Source of the DNA: Nitrospirota bacterium
GTDB taxonomy: Bacteria; Nitrospirota; UBA9217
Length of the DNA stretch: 64,000 bases
Assembly (NCBI GenBank): GCA_963741205.1
Contig: CAVUHW010000043.1
Coordinates: 1-64,000, forward strand
Direction: 5' to 3'
The position numbers and the translations under genes were made by a program. This document shows, piece by piece, positions 1-9,611 of this stretch; position 1 is the first letter of the stretch, and every line of letters starts with the position of its first letter. The notes below the pieces were generated by a model, which was not told the origin of the DNA, did no database searches, and saw nothing but the letters and a program-made list of their open reading frames with translations.

Positions 1-145
1 CGTCGGGGAGCAGCTCAAGGAGCTTGCTGTACTGCTTTATCGATAGGGGCAGCACATTTCCCGTGTTTGCCGGTGCTCCCTTCTCTTCATTCAGTTCTCC
101 GGTCTTTGTAGTCACACAGCCCGGTAATGTGCATTGCTCTGTCAT
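1..145 (-). CDS. 5' part of a CDS running off the window edge, possibly a PAS/sensor protein
   Basis: Read by hand: GAAGGAG RBS, ATG at 145, open frame MTEQCTLPG...KQYSKLLELLPD to the edge. Product is a guess from LLELLPD. Confidence 0.45.
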   Translation of the reverse strand, partial: MTEQCTLPGCVTTKTGELNEEKGAPANTGNVLPLSIKQYSKLLELLPD

Positions 146-437
146 ACTATTCTCCTTCCCGGGGTAATTATCATTCTAATCTTAATTTAGCACCTTTTTT
201 GTCCTGTTTCATCATGGCTGCTTCGTCCGGCAGAGGCACGCGGTATGCATATCCGCGAAATACAGAGGAGGCCGGTTGGACAGAAGGCGAAAAATAGAGC
301 CGGGAAAAGGAGGGGAGAAGGATCGGAAGAGCCTAAAGAATTAAGCCGGAGTGAAAAGACGGGATAAGGGAGGAGGGATTCAAAGGCCTGGCGCGAGGCG
401 TCGATGACTCTGCAGTTGTCCGCGTGTCTCTGGTGCT

Positions 438-470
438 AAAAAAACGGAGCCGGGTCTACACCCGGCTCCG
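438..470 (-). terminator. Rho-independent terminator after the CHRD gene
   Basis: CGGAGCCGGG/CCCGGCTCCG stem followed by a T-run on the minus strand. Confidence 0.75.
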
Positions 471-509
471 GCCAGAGTTCTCCGATGTTATTATCAACAG
501 CACGAAGCG

Positions 510-983
510 TTATTTGATTTGACCGCGGACTTCTCCGTTCGGATTTTTCTCCGTGTGGATGTTGACATAGGCGCCCCCGTCCTTGATTATCTTGACGAGG
601 TCCTTGACCGTCTTTCCGGCCAACGGGCCCTTCAGGTCCTTGTCAGTGATCATGCCTTTGGCAAGTTCGCCGCTGAACATTCCCTCTTTCTTCGGTCCCG
701 CAAAGAGACCCGCGAGGGGCCCGCCATTTTCACCCTTCTTCCCTGCGTGGATGTGCGCAGCCGTGGCGTTTTCAAGGTCCTTCACCGTCAGGGTGTAGGC
801 GAGTTCCTTGCCGTCTTTGCTCAGCGTGAATGTCGCCTCGCCGGTAGCTTTCGTCTCAACGGCCGGGACGATATCCTTGCCGCTTAACATGGCCTTATAA
901 CCGTGTTGATAGGCCGCCATTCCCAGAGATGCGGTCAAAAAGATAGCGAATACACTGTACAGAACTATTCTTCCGGTTTTCAT
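510..983 (-). CDS. Secreted CHRD-domain protein
   Basis: Signal peptide, TAAHIHAG..GENG and YVNIHTEKNPNGEVRGQI motifs. Confidence 0.9.
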   Translation of the reverse strand: MKTGRIVLYSVFAIFLTASLGMAAYQHGYKAMLSGKDIVPAVETKATGEATFTLSKDGKELAYTLTVKDLENATAAHIHAGKKGENGGPLAGLFAGPKKEGMFSGELAKGMITDKDLKGPLAGKTVKDLVKIIKDGGAYVNIHTEKNPNGEVRGQIK

Positions 984-1204
984 GTTTTACCCTCCTCGTT
1001 GTTTGGCACTCAAAGTAGAAGCCTATTTAAATACTATAGCGCGTGAGAAGGGCTTGTCAAGTTGAGGGCCTCTTTTTTAGCTTGCCATTTTTCTAAATTT
1101 ATACTACGGTATTAAGCACTGTAAGGATTCCTTACCTTGGCTAATACTTTGAGCCGCCTCGACACATATTGAGGCTTATCATCATTTGAACGGAGGAGAA
1201 AACA

Positions 1205-1770
1205 ATGAAAAAGCTTGCTGCAGTTGTACTGATTCTTGCCCTGGCCGCGATCTTCTGGCCGGGGAACGCATCGGCTGCGAATAGTTTGAAAGCAGGTACG
1301 GTTGGGCTCAATGTTGACGTCAATAATAATTTCTTCGGGATGAACGGCGACACCAATAATAATTTCGTTATTACGGGCAAATATTTTATCGATTCGGACC
1401 TTGCAGTGCTGGCCGGCTTCGGCTTGGGTTTAAAGGGCGCCGATGCGCATGGCACCGATGTCGGTTATCTGCGGGAATAAGAAAAGACCTGAAGGTGGAC
1501 GATTTCGCCCCCTTCGTCGGGGGTACCGTCTTTTACAGCACTACGCAGGACGGGGACGCGGTAGACTTCAGTCTGCTGGGGGAATTCGGGCGCTGAATAT
1601 TTTCTGCACAAGCAGTTCAGTATTGAGGGAAAAGCCGGCCTCGGTTTCGATATTGCAGGAAAGGACAACGACCACTACTATAGCCGGCGGTTTTCTGAAG
1701 AACAACCACGGAGAGGCGCAACACGTTCGGCACGGAGAGGCTCGGCATAAGCTTCAATTTCTATTTCTAA
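1205..1770 (+). CDS. Small outer-membrane beta-barrel protein (frameshifted)
   Basis: GGAGGAG RBS, signal peptide ASA-A, alternating beta-strand pattern, C-terminus reads ...SFNFYF-stop at 1768-1770. Confidence 0.7.
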
Positions 1771-1805
1771 AGTACTGTTGCCAAGACAGCCTGTTTTCAA
1801 GATGG

Positions 1806-1841
1806 AAATCCCCCGTGTGCGTCTGCCGGGGGATTTTTTTT
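1806..1841 (+). terminator. Terminator between convergent genes
   Basis: AAATCCCCC...GGGGGATTT stem followed by a T-run. Confidence 0.65.
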
Positions 1842-1902
1842 GCGCTGAAGGGCGTGGGTGGCTGCCCCTTAACTACACGACTCCCGGGCCTTGCCCGGCG
1901 CA

Positions 1903-3442
1903 TCACATCGGCATGTCCATGATGTCCCACACGCCCATCATGCCGATGTCCTCATGCTCGATGATGTGACAGTGGAACATGGTCATGCCCGGGTAGTCCA
2001 TGACCGGCACGAGCATCTTCACACTGCCCCCCTTCGGGATAATGACCACGTCCTTCCATGCCGGCGTCTTTGTCAGAAACGCGGCGTAGGACGCGTCACC
2101 GCCAGTGATCGATATCACCTGGCAGGCGTTTACGTGCTGATGGAACGGGTGGTCCATGTTGCTCTGGTTCACGATCTCCCAGACTTCATACGTCCCAATA
2201 TGCGAGTGGATGGAGAAATAATTTTCCATGGTGAAGGATATGCCGTTGATGTAGCCCTTGCCCTGTCCCATGGACAAGACGATCCGCTCCGTCTTGGCGG
2301 GTGTTGCTAAGATTCTCTCGGCCGCCGGGTTTACGATCGGGGGAATGGCGTCGTTCATCTTCGCTCCCTTGTACGCAAGGGTCATGAGCGTTACCTGCTG
2401 GCCGCCCATGTTGCCCTGTCGGCTGTAGGGAAGAGCGAGCAGCCGATAGTTCTTCGTCGTCTGGTTTGCCTTTACGAGGATGTCCAGCCGCTCGCCGGGA
2501 GAGAGCAGGATCGAAGTGACGGGATAGGGCTTGTCGAGAAGTCCGCCTTCGGTCCCGACAATGTACATCGTATGGCCTTCGAGGCTCAGTTTCAGGAACC
2601 GGGCGTTGCAGGCGTTCACGACCCTCCACCGCTGGACTTGTCCAGGTTTTATGCTCAGCACCGGGTTCACCTGTCCGTTCACCATCACGGTATTGCCTTC
2701 CTTGCCGTGCATGTAATCCATTTGCGAGGTATAGGGCTCGGGGGCCGACCCGCTCAGGGTGATGTCCTTGATGACCATAAGGTGCGTCTCGAAGCCGGAC
2801 AGCGCGCTAATGTCGTCCTCCACTACGAGCGCGCCTGCCATGCCGCCCCAATACTGCTCGGCTACGGTGCCGTGGCTGTGGGGGTGGTAGAAGTTGAGCG
2901 TGCCGGGATACATCTTGGACAGGTCGTACTCATAATCGAAGGTGTCGCCGGACATGAACATCAGCATGGCGTTGTCCGATTTTCCCGAAGGCGACACGTG
3001 CAGCCCGTGTGTGTGCAGGTTCGTCATCTCGCGCTCATGTCCCAGAATGTTCGTTCCCATCATGGGAAGCGAGTTCTTAAAATGGACCTTCAGGATATCT
3101 CCCTTCTTCACGCGGATAGTGGGCGCGGGGTAGGCGCCGTTATAGGTGAGAAGATTCGCCAGGGTCCCATTGACGTTCACCCATGAGGGTTTCGCCTCCA
3201 AGTCCACCTCGACGATGCCGGGGATAGTGCTGAAGTTGTGCATCTCCACGGGGTCGGCGAACGCTGCGCCCGGCGGCGGATCGATGACGCTTGTCCCGCC
3301 GCCCATGCCCCCGCCGCCCATCCCGCCACTACCTCCGCCCATCATCTGGGCGAGTGATGGGGCGGCTGTTAGGCCCGATTGTTGCGCCTGCCAGGCCGAT
3401 TGAAGCGTTTTTCAGAAACTCTCTCCGGGTAAGTTTTTTCAT
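1903..3442 (-). CDS. Tat-exported multicopper oxidase (CueO/SufI-like) with a Met/Gly-rich N-terminus
   Basis: HTHG, YHPH, HPFHQH and HCHIIEHEDIGMM copper motifs. Upstream MKKLTRREFLK twin-arginine signal starts at 3442 and joins by one indel. Confidence 0.9.
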
Positions 3443-3472
3443 GGTTGCGTCCTCCTGATTGAAAATAGCCGG

Positions 3473-3495
3473 AAAAAAGGGGGCTTGCGCCCCCT
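3473..3495 (-). terminator. Terminator between the two oxidase genes
   Basis: AGGGGGC-GCAA-GCCCCCT followed by a T-run on the minus strand. Confidence 0.65.
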
Positions 3496-3512
3496 AAACC
3501 TGTCATACGATT

Positions 3513-5573
3513 TTACATGACGTAGGTGTTGTCGCTACGGTTGCACCCGCCGCCGACGCAGTAGGGCCGCATCATCTCGTTGTCCTCATGCGAGAGGATG
3601 TGGCAGTGCCAGACGAAGAGGCCGGGGATGTCGAACTTGGCCTTCACGCGGGTCACCTTGCCCGGGTACACGAGCACCGTGTCCTTGGTCCCGGTTTCTC
3701 CCGGCTCGGGGCCGGTGATGGTCCCGGGGACGAGCGTCGCGGTCCCGGTGGCTTCATCGATCACGATATCCTGCCGGTTGATCACCTCGAACTGCACCTG
3801 GTGGATGTGGATCGGATGGGCATCCTCGGTGAAGTCGTAGATCTCCCAGATCTCGGTGGCGTCGAGAGCCGGGTTCTCGGTGATGGCGTCCATCCATTCC
3901 TTCGGCGTGGGGGTGATGACCCCGTTGACCACGGTCGCCGTGCCGAGCAGCGCCTCGACAGGCGCAAAGGGAACAGCCATGCTGCTCCTGGATTCTATGA
4001 TCTTCCCGTCCGCAGTGATTACGAACACGGTCTCGGACTCGGCCTCGTTGAGCGAACCGTCCGGGTCTTGCTCGCCGTCCCAGCTTGGTCCGGCCGGGCA
4101 GCGTCAGGACTGGCGGTGCGGTGCTGGTATCGTCCGATCGTGCGCCGTCCGACCACGATCTTCATCACCTGGCCCGTCGTTGCCGGGTCGGCGAAAGCAA
4201 AGTCACTCCGGGCCCTGCCGCCGCCAAAGGGCTCGTCCGGTCCCTCGTTGATGAGGTAGAGTTCGTGCCCTTGGGGACATTCGTGAAGTCCACGATCACG
4301 TCGACGCGCTCAGCCGGGGCGATCAGGAGCTCGTTCGAGCTTGACCGGCTTGGGCAGGAAGCCGCCGTCGGCGCCGATCTGCCAGAACGGCACGGCCGGA
4401 ACTCCCGGCCTGGCTAGTCGGATCCGGCGACGATCTTCAAGGATCAGCACCCGCGTGTCGTCCCCGTTCAGGATCCGGAACCGGTAGCGGCGCTGCTCGA
4501 CGTTCAGCTTCGGCCAGGTCTTTCCGTTCACCACCATGGTGTTGCCGAAGAACTCCGGGTTCCAGATCGGCGACACGTCGCTCATCCCGCCTGTCAAGGT
4601 GCTGATCGGGAATGAAGGGGATCTGGAGATCGGGCACGGAGCAACGTCCCTCGAAGAACGCGCGGTTAGTCCGGGAAGAAGAGCGAGCCGTCGCTGTTAA
4701 AGGACTTGTCCTGGATCAGGAGCGGGATCTCGAATCCACCCTTGGGCAGATCCGTGCGGGTCCGTGTGCCGGGTCCCTGATCAGGTAGAAGCCCGCCAGT
4801 CCGGTGTACACATTGGCGCGCGTCATGCCCAGGGCATGGTCGTGGTACCAGAGCGTCGTGGCCCGCTGGTCGTTGGGGTACTGGTAGATTGCCTGTCCCG
4901 GCGTCACGCCAGAGCCGGGAATCTGGATCGTAAGTTGGACCCCTGGGTCGCATAGCCGGCCGGGATATTGTCCGCGTTAGGCAGGTACCACGCCTCGGGG
5001 TAGCCGTCGCTATCCGGCTGCACATGCGCGCCGTGGAGATGCGTGATGATCGGAACCGGCCCGGTGTAGGGATCCTGGCTCTGGCCGCGGCAGTCGGGTC
5101 ATGTCATCATGCCGTCGATGCAGTCCATCGGGGGGTTCGCCCAGTGGAGCGTCTGGTCGATCGGCAGCAGGTGCGGCAGGAAATCTTTCGTTTACGGGTC
5201 CTTCAGGTCATTGATCCATTTGACCCGCACGGGCTTATTGACCTTGGCCTCGATGGTGCGGGCCGGGTAGCTGAAGGTCGATGGAGTCGTCGGCTGCGCC
5301 GTAGCCCCAGACCGTGGTCTTGGGCAACCGAGGGCAGGATCTGCTGCTTGAACTGACGGACCGCGATCTCGTAGTAGTCGATGTTTCCGAATGTTGCCTC
5401 CTTCGGCATCACCTTCGGGATCGGGAGCGGGTCCACATACTTCGGCACCGTCGTCGGATCGAGGGTCCCGCCCGGCACCACAGCGAAGGCCGCGCCGGTG
5501 GTCAAGACTACCACGGCAAAACAAGCGCTGCCATTGCCGGTAAGGATCCTTACTCAATGGATATCTTTCTCAT
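3513..5573 (-). CDS. Multicopper oxidase, CotA/bilirubin oxidase-like (several frameshifts)
   Basis: [28 protein letters not shown] and [16 protein letters not shown] across ORF fragments. Confidence 0.88.
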
Positions 5574-5783
5574 GTTTTTCTCCTTTTTACCATATGGTGT
5601 TTAATGCAGCTTTCAAACGCCGTCAACCTAGAAAAAATTTGCATCCCACCTCCCTTCCTTTTTCCCGGAAATCTTCCCCAGTTTCCGGGCATGACTCGTA
5701 AGACAGACTTCCTCATCACTGCCCTGATTGATATTTTTTCACCGCCCATAAACTTTAGTTTAATCCGCCAGAATCGGAAGTCA

Positions 5784-5801
5784 ATGGGTAGTAGTACCGA
5801 T
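5784..5801. promoter_or_regulatory. Degenerate 7-4-7 palindromic operator
   Basis: ATGGGTA-GTAG-TACCGAT resembles the ATAGGTA-N4-TACCTAT sites at 13443, 16522 and 19431. Confidence 0.35.
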
Positions 5802-5969
5802 TTATTAAGAGTGCCAATTTGACGAACATCTCCGCTTAGCTTTTCTTATTCTCGTATGATAGATGCTTCGATTCAGAAACTAACGATTTTGTGCAGATTT
5901 GTTCTTGCTCTTTGCGGGATCACACATGCCTTCATAAACATAAAGGTAACACGACAGCATCTGATTTCA

Positions 5970-5987
5970 ATGAGTAAAAATACCTAT
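5970..5987. promoter_or_regulatory. 7-4-7 palindromic operator
   Basis: ATGAGTA-AAAA-TACCTAT. Confidence 0.45.
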
Positions 5988-6211
5988 TTATAAAAAAAAG
6001 AGTGAAAAAAAATAATTGTTATTTCCTAGAAGGGATTGCCGCGCCGCTTCTCGTATTGATAGCTGTAGCTTCGAGGATCTAAATATTTGCTATGCTTTTT
6101 GAAGGAAGATTTTTTCGTTCTCCCAGGCAACTTTATAGTCCTCTTAAGTTGATTTGCAGAGGATAAATTCAAACGTGCCTTAGTGATCAAAGCAAAGAAA
6201 GGAGATTCGCC

Positions 6212-7267
6212 ATGCGTTACCGTTTATTAGGGAAGACGGGTATTTACGTTTCCGAATTATGCCTGGGAACCATGACCTTCGGCGGCAAGGGGTTCTGGGA
6301 GGTCATCGGAAAGCTGACTTCGTCGGAGTCCGAGGCGTTCGTCGGCGCCGCGCTTGACGCAGGCGTGAACTTCATAGACACGGCCGACGTCTACTCGGAA
6401 GGAGAATCGGAAAAGCATCTCGGAGCCGCACTTGCCTCGCTCGGCCGGCCGCGCGATCAGATCATCGTCGCGACAAAGGTCCGCGGAAGGACCGGGCCCG
6501 GGCCGAACCAGACGGGCCTCACGCGCGGACACATCATGACGTCCGTGGATGCAAGTCTGCGCCGCCTGCAACTTGATTACATCGACCTCTATCAGATCCA
6601 CGGCGCCGACTTCGTCACTCCGATCGAGGAGACTCTGCGCGCCCTCGACGACCTGGTGCGCGCAGGCAAGGTCCGCTATATCGGCTACTGCAACCTGCAG
6701 GCCTGGCAGGCCATGAAGGCCATCGGCTACTCGGAGGCGCATGACCTTGCGAGGTTCGTAAGCGCCCAGATGTACTACTCGATCGCAAGCCGCGACATCG
6801 AACGCGAGGTGGTCCCTCTGGCCCAGGACCAGGGCCTCGCTATTCTTCCGTGGAGCCCGCTTGCCGGCGGCCTGCTCTCGGGCAAATTCGACCTGGAAAA
6901 ACCCGGGCCCGAGGGCGCGCGGCGCACGACCTACGATTTTCCACCGGTCGACCGGGAGCGCGCAAAGGACGTGCTTACGGTTATGCGATCTGTTGCAACG
7001 GCCATGGGCGTTTCCGTTTCGCGGGTCGCTCTCGCCTGGCTCTTGACGCGTCCTTTCGTCACGAGCGTCATCATCGGAGCGAAGACCAGGGAGCAGCTCC
7101 TGGATAACCTTGCTGCCGGAGACGTGGAGCTCTCCGCGGAGCACGTGGCGCAGCTTGACGAGGTGAGCGCGCTTCCGGCCGAGTATCCGGGCTGGATGGT
7201 CACGAGGCAGGACCGCGACCGGCGGCCGGCAACTGAAAAAAAGACCGATGTAAAGAAAGCGGCGTAG
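6212..7267 (+). CDS. Aldo/keto reductase
   Basis: LCLGTMTFG, IDTADVYS, DYIDLYQIH and WSPLAGG motifs. Confidence 0.93.
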   Translation: MRYRLLGKTGIYVSELCLGTMTFGGKGFWEVIGKLTSSESEAFVGAALDAGVNFIDTADVYSEGESEKHLGAALASLGRPRDQIIVATKVRGRTGPGPNQTGLTRGHIMTSVDASLRRLQLDYIDLYQIHGADFVTPIEETLRALDDLVRAGKVRYIGYCNLQAWQAMKAIGYSEAHDLARFVSAQMYYSIASRDIEREVVPLAQDQGLAILPWSPLAGGLLSGKFDLEKPGPEGARRTTYDFPPVDRERAKDVLTVMRSVATAMGVSVSRVALAWLLTRPFVTSVIIGAKTREQLLDNLAAGDVELSAEHVAQLDEVSALPAEYPGWMVTRQDRDRRPATEKKTDVKKAA

Positions 7268-7301
7268 GGTCGAGATAGGTCGGAATAAAGACCCCAACTC
7301 C

Positions 7302-7382
7302 GTCATCCCCGAATGCTTCCATCGGGGATCCATTGTTCAATGATAAAAATGGATTCCCGCTCAGGGGCATTGCGGGAATGAC
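7302..7382. repeat. 81-bp palindromic dispersed repeat (REP/dRS3-like), copy 1
   Basis: GTCATCCCCG..CGGGGATCCA..TGGATTCCCGC..GCGGGAATGAC. A same-length copy lies at 40655-40735. Confidence 0.8.
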
Positions 7383-7436
7383 CTGTTAGTGTGTAGTTTC
7401 TATTTTAAGACCGAATGCCAAACAGGGAGGATCACC

Positions 7437-8412
7437 ATGAAAGCCATCAAGATCTCGAACTACGGCATCGCGGACGTTCTGAAGCTGTCCGACTCGGAAC
7501 CTAAGCCCGCGCCTTCGGCCGGACAGGTTCTCGTGAAAATTCACGCGGCAGGGGTAAATTTCGTTGATATATACCAAAGAAGGGGGGCCTACCCCGTGAA
7601 GCTTCCCTTCATTCCCGGATTGGAGGCATCAGGCGTAGTGGAGGCGGTCGGTGAAAAGGTGACTGACCTCCGTCCCGGAGACAGGGTCGCCTACAACGGC
7701 CACCTCGGCAGCTACAGCGAGTACGTGGCCATAGACGCCGGAAGGCTGGTCCCTCTGCCGAAAGAGCTGACGTTTGTCGAAGGGGCTGCATTTCCCCTCC
7801 AGGGAATGACGGCGCATTATCTTCTCCACGAGTTTCGAAAACCGAAGAAGGGGGACACGGTGTCTGATCCATGCCGCGGCAGGCGGAGTCGGGCTCCTTT
7901 TGGTGCAGTGGGCGAAACATCTCGGGGCAACGGTGATCGGGACGGTCTCAACGGACGAGAAGGCCCGCATTGCCAAAGAGGCGGGCGCCGATCACATCAT
8001 ACTCTATACAAGCCAGGATTTTGTAGGAGAGACGAAGCGCTTGACGGGCGGCCGAGGCGCAGAGCTTATCATCGACGGGGTGGGGAAAAGCACATTTGCG
8101 GGCGACCTGGAAGCCGCCGCAGTCCATGGACACGTGGTGATCTTCGGCGCCGCGAGCGGTCCCGCCGACCCGATCGTGCCCAATTCACTCATGGCGAAAT
8201 CGATATCGATTTCGGGTGGAATGCTGGGCAACTTCACGGCCACGCGCGAGGATTTGCTCCGCCGCTCCCACGATGTTCTCCAGGCGATGAAGGAAGGCTG
8301 GCTCAAGCTCCGCGTCGACCACGTGATTCCGCTGGCAGATGCCGCGCAGGCTCACCGGCTGCTTGAGGGAAGGCAATCCGTGGGCAAGATCGTTCTCCAG
8401 GTAGCGGATTGA
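7437..8412 (+). CDS. qor: NADPH:quinone oxidoreductase (zeta-crystallin/MDR family), frameshift near 7865
   Basis: AAGVNFVDIYQRRG, PGLEASG, QGMTAHYL and GRQSVGKIVL. Confidence 0.88.
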
Positions 8413-8479
8413 GAGCGGGATCATTGTCAGTGAAACAGCCCTCCGCTGATAGGTTTAGCCGTAAGACATGAGCTAGAGA

Positions 8480-8891
8480 CTAGTACACATGCCGCTGAAC
8501 GAAGGGCCTGTCGAACATGGCGATCCTCGGCAGATGGTCCAACGGGACGTCGAATAAACAGCGATTGAAGGTTTCGCGAAGCGCGCCAAGGGCTTGCATA
8601 AAATCGTAAAGCCGGATTTCCGGGTGGATGTTCAATCCGCTTTCCAGCGCCTTTCTGCTTCTTTCCAGGAGCGTCGCCGCTCCCGGCGCACTCCCGTTTC
8701 GCATAATGGATAAAGGCCCCCGCGGCCATGATGAGCCCCTGGAGGAACTGCTTGTCCTCCGGTTCCTCCGCATTGAGCCACAGGATCTCCCACGCTTCAT
8801 GGGCCTCGAAGAACCTGCCTTCGTTAAAGAGCTCGATGCCCCGTTCGAGGTTCTCCTCATATTGCGTTTCATATTTCAGTGCCGTATTCAT
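8480..8891 (-). CDS. DUF309 family protein (frameshifted)
   Basis: GIELFNEGRFFEAHEAWE..W and LQGLI motifs. Confidence 0.85.
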
Positions 8892-9280
8892 GTTGCTTCT
8901 TCCTTTCATCTTCTCAGCTATCAATAAAATAGACATGACGTGATTGTTTTCATCTTATTTTAAAGTAACTCCGGCCGCGACGGATGTCAAGGAGAGGGGC
9001 TGTATCGCCTGAGGTGAATGCGGCAAAAAGCCCTCGAAAAAATGTGTTTATTGATTTCCGCCATCAGTCAGGACAAGACAAAATCCTTGAAATATGCAAC
9101 TTTAGGCGCATAAAAGCATTATGTATTGACTTATGTCGTTTTATTTGGTAAATTATAATTGTTATTGTTTAGGAACCACTACATTTAAAACCAGGAGCGT
9201 TTAAGGACATAGTCAGCAGAAACCAGAATACACTTGAATTTGACAATGTAGTGCAGTCATAAAAAAAGAAAAATAGATAA

Positions 9281-9360
9281 ACGATAATACTCAACCATCC
9301 GCGAGGGTGGGGCGGAAAGCCTCCAGGATCTCCATGAGACAGCCGGGCTGCCGAAATATC
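9281..9360 (+). ncRNA. GEMM-I cyclic-dinucleotide riboswitch, probably the 3',3'-cGAMP (GEMM-Ib) subtype
   Basis: CGATAATACTCAACCATCCGCGAGGGTGGGGCGGAAAGCC...GAGACAGCCGGGCTGCCGAAATATC matches the Geobacter-type aptamer as I recall it. A9289 sits at the specificity position. Confidence 0.88.
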
Positions 9361-9392
9361 TATTGATATGAAGGCACCCGGCCTATTTTTTT
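9342..9392 (+). terminator. Riboswitch expression-platform terminator
   Basis: GCCGGGCTGCC pairs with GGCACCCGGC, followed by a T7 run. It overlaps the aptamer 3' strand. Confidence 0.75.
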
Positions 9393-9430
9393 GAACCCAT
9401 CCGGAAAGAACGGATAATTGAGGAGGTTAC

Positions 9431-9555
9431 ATGGATCCGACGACAAAAAAAACACATTGCAGTGTATTGCGGCTCTCTCGAAACGTCAGCCAGATTTATT
9501 CACTGAAGGAATTTTCTCACCGGTAGAAGCGCGGCAGTTAATGAAGTGGTTATAA
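9431..9555 (+). CDS. Putative small protein of about 41 aa, first gene after the riboswitch
   Basis: AGGAGG RBS then ATG at 9431. Adding one A to the A8 run gives MDPTTKKNTLQCIAALSKRQPDLFTEGIFSPVEARQLMKWL. Confidence 0.45.
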
Positions 9556-9611
9556 GACAGCAGTTCCGCTACCCCTAACATCAATAAGATTATTTACAAG
9601 GAGTACAAACA

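Noticed and set aside
230-420. Purine-rich intergenic stretch as an IS end or ncRNA
   Set aside because: No inverted repeat, ORF or stable structure that I can support.
6257-7333. Long antisense ORFs here and at 17457-18593, 46751-47848 and 54339-55409
   Set aside because: They are shadows of GC-rich genes on the other strand and carry no motifs.
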